IMG/VR virus record: IMGVR_UViG_3300009702_000500
Span: 28,333 to 92,332 of that record
Strand: one strand, 5' to 3'
DNA from: a virus
Length of the DNA stretch: 64,000 nucleotides
The first letter of the stretch is position 1; every line of letters begins with the position of its first letter. Both the position numbers and the translations under genes were made by a program. Under the pieces are notes generated by a model, which was not told where the DNA came from, ran no database searches, and saw nothing but the letters and a program-made list of their open reading frames with translations. Positions 57,001-64,000 of the stretch are shown here, piece by piece.

Positions 57001-59826
57001 CAAGATTGGTCTGGCGAAAAAAATGGTAGATATAAAGGGATATCTCCAGCATCTATTTTTAATATCGCTGTGAAGTTGAGCAAGAAATTAGGCAGACGCG
57101 TTACTAGAGAAGAGTGGAATAATTATTGTAAGGAGAATAATTTGCCTTATAGTAAATATTCTATAAGTGGTTACAAAAGTTTTAGTAAGTTTCTTAAGTC
57201 TGCCGCTAAAAAAGCATCGGTTTTTGTTACGGAAAATTCTGTAATGACGCGAGAATATAAAAGATACCTAGATTTACTTGAAGAGACAGATTTAGATATT
57301 TATTTTGATAATGGTATAATGGTTAATAAAACCTGTGAGCACTGTGGTAATAAGTTTTCGGTAAGATGGCAAAGAAGAGAGCAGTGTTTTTGTTCTGTTA
57401 CCTGTAGTAATGTAGGTAGAAACCCAAATGACATTTCTAGAGAGGGGTTTTTAAGTAGGCAAGAAGTGACTAGATTTAAACAATTAAAAATATTTAATGA
57501 GTTACGTGATAAATTAAATAGAGATCCTTGGAAGATCGAGTGGGAAAATAAATGTAAAGAATTATCGGTGCCTTTTAGATTAATGGGACAAGCCTATAAT
57601 ATTAAAAAAAATCCACATGTTTTTAGAACCTATGGTGAACTAAAAGAAGCAGCCAATGGTAAGAATTATAAAGTAGTTTCTGTAGAGGTATGTGGGTATG
57701 AAGATGTCTATAATGGTACAGTTGATAACAACCATAATTTTTATATTATGACCAATGAAACTACTACTAAAAGTGGTAAAGTTAAGTATAATCACATACT
57801 TAACAGACAATGCGGAGAAGCTCCATTATCTAGTTACGGGATTTGCGATTTAGGGTCTTTAGTTCTTCCTAATTTTATTACTGGTAATATTAATACCAAT
57901 TGGAGAAAATTAGAAAAGACTATCAAATTGTCAGTGAGACTATTAGATAACATCATTGATGTTAACAAATATGTCTTGAAGAATGTTGAAATCAAAGCAC
58001 ATAATGCTCGTAGAATAGGTCTTGGGGTAATGGGACTTGCAGAATATTTATTCGCAAAGAAACTTCGTTACGGATCCAAGAAAGCTATCTATGAAATTGA
58101 AAGGCTTATGAGATTTATTAGAGACACGGCATACGAGGCGTCAGTAGAATTGTCTATAGAGAAAGGGACCTTTCCTAAGTTTGATGCATCACAATATGGT
58201 AAAGCGCATTTCATTAGAAGTTTGCCGGCAGCGCTGCGGATGCAGATTAAGAAACATGGTGTGAGGAATGTTACTCTTATGGCCATGGCACCTACTGGAT
58301 GTCAAGACAAAGACACCATGATTGTTACTGATAAAGGAATTTTTACATTAGAAGAAATTGGTGATATTAATGGTGAAAAATGGCAAAATATAGATTTAAA
58401 AGTATCACAAGAGAAGTTTCAAGAAGAAAGAAGTGCTACTAAATTCTATATTAATGGTAAAGCAAACACTAAAAAAATATATTTAAAAAGTGGAAACACG
58501 CTTGAATCAACATATAATCATCAATACAGAGTATTAGAAAATGGAAAATATATATGGAAAAGAGCAGACGAATTAAATATTGGTGATGATATAATTTCAG
58601 TATTAGAAACATATAATAAACAAACAGATCCTACATTAGAAATGCCCATTACTACTCATTGGAATCAAAATAATATTAATACTATATCTTCAATGAATGA
58701 AAAGTTAGCAGAGTTTTTGGGTATTTATTTTGGAGATGGGAGTAATCATCATAAAGGTATTAGAATACATTGTAACTCTAAAAATGAAGAAGATTATTTG
58801 TATGTTGCTAAATTAGGGAAAGAGGTTTTTGGAATAACCCCCACTTTTTATGACAATGGAAGAAATTGTATGGCAGTTTGCTTTAATTCTAACTTGATTT
58901 TAAAGTTTCTTGAATTAAATGGTTTATTAAAACAAAAATCAAATGAGATTTCAATCCCTAAGATTTTAAGGAGTTCTAGTAAAAACAGTCTGAAAGCCTT
59001 TATTAAAGGGTATATATTTGCTGATGGTAGTAAAACTGGTAATACTTTTTTTATAGATACTGCAAGTAAAAAAATGTCTAAGGAATTATTAATAATTATA
59101 AGAGCATTAGGAAATGATGTTAGGATACAAAAACATATTTCAGGATTGGGTTCTGAAATATTTAGAGTATTTATTAAAAAAGGTGTTTATAAATTTAGAC
59201 CTTCAAGTGAGCAAGATAAAAAAAGACAATTAGAATCTTTAAATTTGAATAATTGTGTTGTGGACGAAATAATTAAAATTGAAAATTCTGAAAATTATAC
59301 TTATGATATAGAGGTACCAGATACCGTAACATATATAGCTAATAGTGTGGTTTCTCATAATACAATTTCTTTATTACCTGAAGTTTCTTCAGGAATAGAG
59401 CCATTATTCAGAAAGGCTTATAGACGTTCTGATAGGGTAAGTGATCGTATTTATGTACATCCATTATATGAAAAGTTCTTAAAAGAAACAGATGGATCTA
59501 TTGAAGAATGGTTTGTTGATACAGATGATTTAACTCCATCCGATCATTTTGAGACACAGGTAGCTGTCCAAAAATTTACGGATGGTGCAGTGTCTAAAAC
59601 GATTAATATGCCAAGTGATACTACTACAGAAGATCTTAGCACTCTAACTATGGAATATATTTATGATTTAAAGGGAGTTACAGTGTATGTTGATGGTAGT
59701 AGGGAGGGCCAAATTTTAAATAAGATATCCGAAGAGGATGTGAGAGCTTATTTAAAATCTGGCAATATGGACAATAGTGCAGATGAAGAAACTACCAAGT
59801 GTGCTACTGGTAGTTGTGAAATATAA
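54010..59826 (+). CDS. nrdJ: Ribonucleotide reductase, probably class II (B12-dependent), with four inteins
   Basis: After removing inteins (~578 aa): PGGR, FNCYV, GGGVG, SGPVSF, TNPCGE, C.LGS, RRIGLG, APTGTIS, SSGIEP, SKTIN, KGVT, terminal C...SC. No ATP cone and no nrdB in the window. Confidence 0.9.
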   Translation: MMKKDILSENALKIAKSRYFIDDEETWEELALRVARVAASVENGARSVYTNNFAEMITDMDFLPGGRILRNVGRPRGSLFNCLSKDTEVISETRGLVKITDLDVNERILNGVGKFDTVKTVINNGFKEKLLEIIVEGFGKNNKILCTEDHRFLVFSFKEGFVWKKAIEISDRDFMVTPKVAFDDNVDSVNVADVVDIKELYSIFSIKSINSVEYNDYVYDISMTDETNPHFTIVGAVSHNCYVLPCGDSIEEIGQYIKDSLILWSEGGGVGVNISHLRPRGAIIRGKGGNSSGPVSFLEAANAVSKTIESGGSRRAAALAGMHVSHPDILEFIDAKLVHGKLDHFNLSVAIDDKFLEAVETDGEWQFKFAQQNYGKIQAKVIWDKIIENMVSCAEPGLLHWGNLTSNNSYYFDPILCFTGDTLISTTDGLIPIKDLVDKKVNTVSDLRVIGSQGTFIEDGVGFKSGVKEVFEVKLENNQSIKLTANHKVWTKDGWKQVKDLKIKEDYMYVQNSISQHFVGNIDNEDEFDKGYLLGLLVGDGWITCRKDDEKIQYGFCFNESETDMMNFVEEKTNKIADGRKINWRRSSGGSKSFELASASTDVNKYFKQWGYTSRINKNGYVSGTRKSSKFISDEVLSETPSFKRGFISGLYTSDGSIQRVGKGSTGKNGKKITFTTSRKHIAERLQIMLNEFGIPSSVGSRISKLNGKLFTGYTVNISRTLACQAFKELIGCRHSEKNKNLEGYRFGSRWNEKYYGMFKVKSIESLGEQEVYDVETSTTHSLIANGIIVHNSTNPCVVGDTLIAVADGRNYVPIKQLADEGKDVPVYSLNESSGKVEVKMMRNPRKTGFNKKIFKITLDDGSYFKCNEHHKIYMKDASIKTASELVPGDRLNHMVKFNASFEEVFNHSNSKSQDYCWINNGYGKTVAEHRLIAEFSKGTPLESDDVVHHVDYNGLNNSFDNLKVMKRKDHGRLHSKNMLGKNNPMNRFPEKNWLIKQDWSGEKNGRYKGISPASIFNIAVKLSKKLGRRVTREEWNNYCKENNLPYSKYSISGYKSFSKFLKSAAKKASVFVTENSVMTREYKRYLDLLEETDLDIYFDNGIMVNKTCEHCGNKFSVRWQRREQCFCSVTCSNVGRNPNDISREGFLSRQEVTRFKQLKIFNELRDKLNRDPWKIEWENKCKELSVPFRLMGQAYNIKKNPHVFRTYGELKEAANGKNYKVVSVEVCGYEDVYNGTVDNNHNFYIMTNETTTKSGKVKYNHILNRQCGEAPLSSYGICDLGSLVLPNFITGNINTNWRKLEKTIKLSVRLLDNIIDVNKYVLKNVEIKAHNARRIGLGVMGLAEYLFAKKLRYGSKKAIYEIERLMRFIRDTAYEASVELSIEKGTFPKFDASQYGKAHFIRSLPAALRMQIKKHGVRNVTLMAMAPTGCQDKDTMIVTDKGIFTLEEIGDINGEKWQNIDLKVSQEKFQEERSATKFYINGKANTKKIYLKSGNTLESTYNHQYRVLENGKYIWKRADELNIGDDIISVLETYNKQTDPTLEMPITTHWNQNNINTISSMNEKLAEFLGIYFGDGSNHHKGIRIHCNSKNEEDYLYVAKLGKEVFGITPTFYDNGRNCMAVCFNSNLILKFLELNGLLKQKSNEISIPKILRSSSKNSLKAFIKGYIFADGSKTGNTFFIDTASKKMSKELLIIIRALGNDVRIQKHISGLGSEIFRVFIKKGVYKFRPSSEQDKKRQLESLNLNNCVVDEIIKIENSENYTYDIEVPDTVTYIANSVVSHNTISLLPEVSSGIEPLFRKAYRRSDRVSDRIYVHPLYEKFLKETDGSIEEWFVDTDDLTPSDHFETQVAVQKFTDGAVSKTINMPSDTTTEDLSTLTMEYIYDLKGVTVYVDGSREGQILNKISEEDVRAYLKSGNMDNSADEETTKCATGSCEI
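54253..54729 (+). mobile_element. RNR intein 1: 159-aa mini-intein
   Basis: CLSKDT...TEDHRF...VYDI...SHN followed by Cys; no endonuclease domain. Confidence 0.9.
55258..56385 (+). mobile_element. RNR intein 2 with LAGLIDADG endonuclease (376 aa)
   Basis: CFTGDT...TANH...LGLLVGDG...GLYTSDG...VYD...VHN followed by Ser. Confidence 0.93.
56398..57810 (+). mobile_element. RNR intein 3 with HNH endonuclease and C-terminal Gln (471 aa)
   Basis: CVVGDT...HRLIAE..VHHVD....NN...NL; VYNGTV..NHNF; ends NRQ followed by CGE. Confidence 0.9.
58300..59361 (+). mobile_element. RNR intein 4 with LAGLIDADG endonuclease (354 aa)
   Basis: APTG|CQDKDT...TYNH...FLGIYFGDG...GYIFADG...TYDIEV...SHN|TIS. Confidence 0.93.
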
Positions 59827-59837
59827 GGAGGATTTAT

Positions 59838-60443
59838 ATGAAACTTGGATTTGATATTGATGAAGTGGTTTGTTTGCTTTCTGAAAAAATAGCTGAAGAT
59901 ACTGTGACTAAGTTTGGTACAAGCTATGAAAATGCTAAGGCAATGGTTGATGGTTTCATTAAAGACTATAATTTCAAAATAAATAATGTTCATAATGAAG
60001 CTAATGAAATAACTAAATTTTTCTTATACGAAGCATATAATGCTAATACATTATTGTCCGCACCATTTGATAAAGAGGGTCAATATGCCATTAGACAATT
60101 TAAACATTCCGGCCATAGTATTCATTTTATTACATCTAGAGACAAAAAATTTAAAGACTTAACTGTGAACTGGATGCGTAAAAATAAAATTGTTTTTGAT
60201 TCTGTTGATTTTGTAGGACATAATGGCGAGAAGGGTATAGTTGCTAGAGCTCTTAATCTAGATTTTTTTCTAGATGATTTGGAGACCTCGTTAGAATCAC
60301 TGTATAAGTATAAAAAACGGTGGAGAAAGGGGCTTTGTTTGCTTGACAAGCCTTGGAACGGTGATTATATTGATGGTAGTAGGTTCAAGAGACTACATAA
60401 TTGGACAGAAGTTAAAAGACACTTAGGTATTCAAAATAGATAG
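59838..60443 (+). CDS. HAD-family 5'(3')-deoxyribonucleotidase-like protein
   Basis: GFDIDEV, FITSR, FLDD, PWN, NW.E motifs. Confidence 0.8.
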   Translation: MKLGFDIDEVVCLLSEKIAEDTVTKFGTSYENAKAMVDGFIKDYNFKINNVHNEANEITKFFLYEAYNANTLLSAPFDKEGQYAIRQFKHSGHSIHFITSRDKKFKDLTVNWMRKNKIVFDSVDFVGHNGEKGIVARALNLDFFLDDLETSLESLYKYKKRWRKGLCLLDKPWNGDYIDGSRFKRLHNWTEVKRHLGIQNR

Positions 60444-60455
60444 AGGGGGATTACT

Positions 60456-60761
60456 ATGAAAAATGTTAGGTGTGTTTATTGTATAAGTTATGATGATGGT
60501 AAGTGTAAAATTAAAAAAGTGTCGGTATCTGCTAATAAAAAACGTAAGTGCGATTTGTATAAACGCAATGAAGACTTAAAAGTAAAGACTGGTACTCCAA
60601 TACCCTCAACACGAGTTCCTCATCCAAGTATTGCTAAAGAGTTGAGGCATAAGGCAAGGAAACTTGCTAAATTAGAAAAACTTAAAAACCAACATGGAAC
60701 AGAAAAACATCCACTGACTGGTAATTTAGACGCATTTAAAACTACTGCATCGGAAGAATAG
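60456..60761 (+). CDS. Basic Cys-containing hypothetical protein
   Basis: CVYC..C..C; GAGG RBS. Confidence 0.6.
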   Translation: MKNVRCVYCISYDDGKCKIKKVSVSANKKRKCDLYKRNEDLKVKTGTPIPSTRVPHPSIAKELRHKARKLAKLEKLKNQHGTEKHPLTGNLDAFKTTASEE

Positions 60762-60763
60762 AC

Positions 60764-61393
60764 ATGTCTAAAAAAACTAATACATATCCTACATTTAGTA
60801 GAGAAGCTGAACTTCATGCTAAGGGTTTTGACTACATAGTGGGAGTAGATGAAGCTGGACGTGGTTCGGCGGTAGGGCCAGTTTCTGTCGGAGCAGTAAG
60901 AATACCCTATAATTCTGTAGATAAGCTACATGGTCTTGTAAAAGACTCTAAGAAACTTTCTGAAAAAAAACGTAATGAATGTTATAATCTTATTTTAGAT
61001 TGTTGTGATTGTAGTGTATTTACTGTAAGCAATGAAGTAATAGATGAAATAAATATCTTAGAGGCAACAAAACTGGCTATAGTAGAAGCCGTATCCAGAA
61101 TGCCATTTAGAGCAAGTTATGTTCTTATTGATGGTGACTTTAAAACTGATGATATTTTAAAAGATGGTACGCCACATGAACAAATTATCAAGGGTGATAC
61201 TATGGTTCTATCTATAGCAGCGGCATCTATTATGGCTAAAGTTTATAGAGATAAGATTTTATATAAGCTAGATAAATCTCTCCCTATTTATGATTGGAAG
61301 CACAATAAAGGGTATTTGACTGAGAAGCATAGAGAGGCAATTAAACTTTATGGCCCCAGCGTTTTTCACAGAAAAAGTTACAAATTATTATAG
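60764..61393 (+). CDS. rnhB: Ribonuclease HII
   Basis: GVDEAGRG, DSKKL, LIDG, KGD, SIAAASIMAKV.RD, NKGY.T..H. Confidence 0.95.
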   Translation: MSKKTNTYPTFSREAELHAKGFDYIVGVDEAGRGSAVGPVSVGAVRIPYNSVDKLHGLVKDSKKLSEKKRNECYNLILDCCDCSVFTVSNEVIDEINILEATKLAIVEAVSRMPFRASYVLIDGDFKTDDILKDGTPHEQIIKGDTMVLSIAAASIMAKVYRDKILYKLDKSLPIYDWKHNKGYLTEKHREAIKLYGPSVFHRKSYKLL

Positions 61394-61405
61394 AAGGGTG
61401 ACAAT

Positions 61406-61657
61406 ATGTTAAATGTATTAGAGTACAAAAAGCATTCTATTTATTATAGTTGCGCTTGTGGAGCAAAAGGAGTATGTTTGATTCGTCCTTTGGGTAATGA
61501 AGAGGCAATAGTGGTTGAACTTACTTGTGCTCATTGTCATACAAATAGAAGAATCATTCTTTTAGCGGATGAGAGTAAACTAGATAATGAAACTGATTAT
61601 GGAGCGGCTATAGTAATAAAGAATAAAGCACAGAAAGGGGTTATAGTTAATGAGTAA
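61406..61657 (+). CDS. Small zinc-ribbon-like hypothetical protein
   Basis: CACG and CAHC; 83 aa. Confidence 0.6.
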   Translation: MLNVLEYKKHSIYYSCACGAKGVCLIRPLGNEEAIVVELTCAHCHTNRRIILLADESKLDNETDYGAAIVIKNKAQKGVIVNE

Positions 61658-62621
61658 AGTAATAACTACTATGTTTCTGGATGAACAGTTTGACTCTGAT
61701 TTTAAAAAAATATTTAATAAGAAACAATGTGCTGATAATCTTAGTGGTTATATATCTGATACATTGTTAAAAAATAAGGGTACTATAGAATATTTAAATC
61801 TGATTAATATTTTAAAAACTACTCATGTCATAGGCGAGACATATACTTTCTTCAAGAAAAAAGCGAATACATGTGTAAGATATTTTGATGAGCGAGATAA
61901 ATTTATTCTATCCTTAGTTATTATTAGTATGGCTAATATAGGAGCTCCGAGTATAAATAAGTATTTAACAACTAAAGAAGATGTATTACTTAGAGCAGTA
62001 GAAAGATCTTATTTACACGCCGGGTATGATTTAGATGACGATGGTGTTATGAAAGACCCTTCAATGCTTGATTTTACAGAAGATGTAGGCGATCTCGTAG
62101 ATAGTTGGGATGAGTATTACTATAATATATGTAAACAAGCAGCAAAAAATTCTAAATGTTATTCCAGACAGATAGGTGCCATCCTTGTTAAGGATAAAGT
62201 TGTTATTAGTGCTGGTTATAATGGACCCCCAAGGGGAGTTCCACCATGTGATATTAGATGGGGTAATGATCCTAGTTTCTTTAAAAAGTATAGTAAGTAT
62301 ACTGTTGATAAAGAAATTAAAGGTAAATGCCCTAGACATATAATCGGGTTTAAATCTGGTGAGGGATTGGAAATTTGTCCAGCTGGACATGCAGAAAGAA
62401 ATAGTTTAATTAATGCTGGTAGGCTTGGAATTGCTACTAAGGATACTACTATGTATATGACTTGTGGTATTCCTTGTAGCCCTTGTCTAGTGGAGATTAT
62501 AAATTCTGGAGTAAAAGAAATAGTTACAGTGAACTTAAAGTTTTACGATGAAACTGCTAAGTATTTGTTAGAAAACAGTGACTTGCGAGTTAGAGTTTAT
62601 GATTTTGTTTTAAAACAGTAA
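61650..62621 (+). CDS. dCMP deaminase with a ~150-aa N-terminal extension
   Basis: WDEYY, SKC..RQIGA, GYNG.P, HAERN, PCSPC, IINSG. Confidence 0.9.
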   Translation: MSKVITTMFLDEQFDSDFKKIFNKKQCADNLSGYISDTLLKNKGTIEYLNLINILKTTHVIGETYTFFKKKANTCVRYFDERDKFILSLVIISMANIGAPSINKYLTTKEDVLLRAVERSYLHAGYDLDDDGVMKDPSMLDFTEDVGDLVDSWDEYYYNICKQAAKNSKCYSRQIGAILVKDKVVISAGYNGPPRGVPPCDIRWGNDPSFFKKYSKYTVDKEIKGKCPRHIIGFKSGEGLEICPAGHAERNSLINAGRLGIATKDTTMYMTCGIPCSPCLVEIINSGVKEIVTVNLKFYDETAKYLLENSDLRVRVYDFVLKQ

Positions 62622-62647
62622 AAAATAATTTAATAAAATAGAATTTT

Positions 62648-62658
62648 TGTGGTATAAT
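62648..62658 (+). promoter_or_regulatory. Extended -10 promoter element
   Basis: TGTGGTATAAT (TRTGn + consensus TATAAT) in an AT-rich intergenic gap upstream of the ATG at 62713. Confidence 0.6.
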
Positions 62659-62712
62659 ACTTATAGATGGGTATTAATCCTACCCAATAAAAATTCTAAG
62701 GAGAATAACAAG

Positions 62713-63198
62713 ATGGCAAACGGAAATGAATATGATTTTTTTCAAATTCCTAAATCTGGTGTAGATGACACTACATTAGGAGTAGGGGTACAAACTCGTA
62801 GTGCTGATATGAAGATTTCTGACTTTAATGCTTCGTATGTAGGATTAAGGAAAGGAAACGATTATACTAGAACTACTCAAGGATTTGTAGAAAAAGAAGC
62901 GTCGTCACATTGGGCTTCTATTATTCCAGAATGGCAATATGCAGAACGAGATGAGAATCCGTACTTAGAGGGTTCCACAGTTAAAAAAGTACGAGATGAC
63001 CAGTTCATTAGATTAGGTATGGCCAAAGATAGTGGTGCTTTTTTTAGTGTGCCGAAGTCTGATACTTCTGATACAAAACAAGCAGAAGCGGATGTTAAAG
63101 TCTATATGCCAATTGAGGGTTGGAGATCTTTTGGTGGAAAACATGACTTCTCGATGCCTTATCAGGGCTCTAAACTCAGGGGGAATATATTAGTTTAG
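62713..63198 (+). CDS. Hypothetical protein
   Basis: AAGGAG RBS before ATG 62713, preferred over the ORF start at 62647. Confidence 0.7.
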   Translation: MANGNEYDFFQIPKSGVDDTTLGVGVQTRSADMKISDFNASYVGLRKGNDYTRTTQGFVEKEASSHWASIIPEWQYAERDENPYLEGSTVKKVRDDQFIRLGMAKDSGAFFSVPKSDTSDTKQAEADVKVYMPIEGWRSFGGKHDFSMPYQGSKLRGNILV

Positions 63199-63210
63199 TG
63201 AAGGTACCTA

Positions 63211-63423
63211 ATGCAAAGTTTTTGTGTATGCGATGATTGGGAAGACATCCACCACCACCATCCTTCTATTTTTAAGAAGGATAGTAAATATGGATGGGTG
63301 ATATCTTGGACCGATTTTAGTACGATAAACGGTCGCACAGTGAAATCAACTTATGGTATAAAAATAAAATATTGCCCATTATGTGGCAGAAAATTGAATC
63401 AAGAGGTGGTGGATGCCGAGTAA
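63211..63423 (+). CDS. Small Cys-rich hypothetical protein
   Basis: CVC...IKYCPLCGRKL motif common in phage proteins. Confidence 0.65.
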   Translation: MQSFCVCDDWEDIHHHHPSIFKKDSKYGWVISWTDFSTINGRTVKSTYGIKIKYCPLCGRKLNQEVVDAE

Positions 63424-63922
63424 GCTTATTAAAAATAGTGTCATAGTAGATACAGACGAAGAAGCGACTTTAAAACTTAGGCAAGCATGGATTCAGCATA
63501 TTTTTAATAGTATAGAGAAGCTTTCGGCTGAGGTTTATAGTGGTAAGGAGGCTATTAATAATAGGTTTAATAAAATCAATGAAGAATTTTATAAGCTTCG
63601 AGAAGAATACAAAAATTTTGTTGTGTTAGAGTACGAAAAAATAAAGAATAGCCACAAAGAAGATATAATCTTACTGTCAAAAGAGATTAAATTACTCAAC
63701 GATGAGATTACAAAGCATAAACTTTGGAATCTAGAAAAAGATAAAACGGCGTCTGAATCATTGGATACTAAAATTAGTAATCTTAAGGAACATGTGGACA
63801 CTAAATTAACTCCGGTTAGTAAAGAGGTATGGGTTGCTAAAGGTAAAGTAGCAGCCATGGCGGCGTTAGCTGGTGGGGCGGCAGCGACCATAATTACTCT
63901 TGCTATTAGACATCTTTTTTAA
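63413..63922 (+). CDS. Coiled-coil protein with C-terminal membrane anchor
   Basis: Heptad-rich body; hydrophobic tail VAAMAALAGGAAATIITLAI. Confidence 0.65.
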   Translation: MPSKLIKNSVIVDTDEEATLKLRQAWIQHIFNSIEKLSAEVYSGKEAINNRFNKINEEFYKLREEYKNFVVLEYEKIKNSHKEDIILLSKEIKLLNDEITKHKLWNLEKDKTASESLDTKISNLKEHVDTKLTPVSKEVWVAKGKVAAMAALAGGAAATIITLAIRHLF

Positions 63923-64000
63923 ACAATTTCTAGTTGGAACTGTGAGGAATAAATAATAAGGAATAAATAATATGGTAAATGATCTAGTGGAACTGAAAAA

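Noticed and set aside
2496-63891. Minus-strand and short alternative-frame ORFs in the ORF track
   Set aside because: They lie inside well-supported + strand genes, lack recognisable motifs and look like shadow ORFs.
63413-63922. Holin call
   Set aside because: Only one C-terminal hydrophobic segment and no adjacent endolysin visible.
63929-63995. Short imperfect direct repeat TCTAGT(T)GGAACTG near the window end
   Set aside because: Only two short copies, one inside the next ORF (ATG 63972); cannot be distinguished from chance without downstream sequence.

Overview
AT-rich, densely coded window with every credible gene on the + strand, most consistent with a large (jumbo-like) tailed dsDNA phage using the standard genetic code. 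0.5-24.5 kb: very large modular virion/appendage proteins (LamG/ConA-like, F5/8-like, DUF2341-like, propeller and 12-aa repeat proteins) that share terminal modules and are built by nested domain insertion. 24.6-34.9 kb: bacterial-type replication/recombination genes (beta clamp, RecA, DnaB, DnaG, SSB-like, resolvase, PD-(D/E)XK nuclease) plus a radical SAM protein and DnaJ. 34.9-47.2 kb: a 14-gene glycan island with five glycosyltransferase-like genes (one carrying an intein), two sulfotransferases, two acyltransferases and a WbpA/B/E/D-like diacetamido-uronic-acid pathway. It is followed by a displaced virion-protein paralogue (47.2-50.5 kb). 50.5-62.6 kb: DnaX, a family A polymerase interrupted by an in-frame TAA, dUTPase, a class II RNR with four inteins, a nucleotidase, RNase HII and dCMP deaminase. 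Best candidate for an undescribed system (inference): phage-encoded synthesis of a sulfated, uronic-acid-containing glycan that decorates virion proteins, possibly at [S/T]-x-S-G motifs that recur in the structural proteins. Second candidate: a hybrid replisome in which PolA carries a clamp-binding-like motif (QIFMF) and works with the phage beta clamp and DnaX. No tRNA, rRNA, CRISPR array or reverse transcriptase was seen. All family calls come from motif recognition by eye, not database searches.
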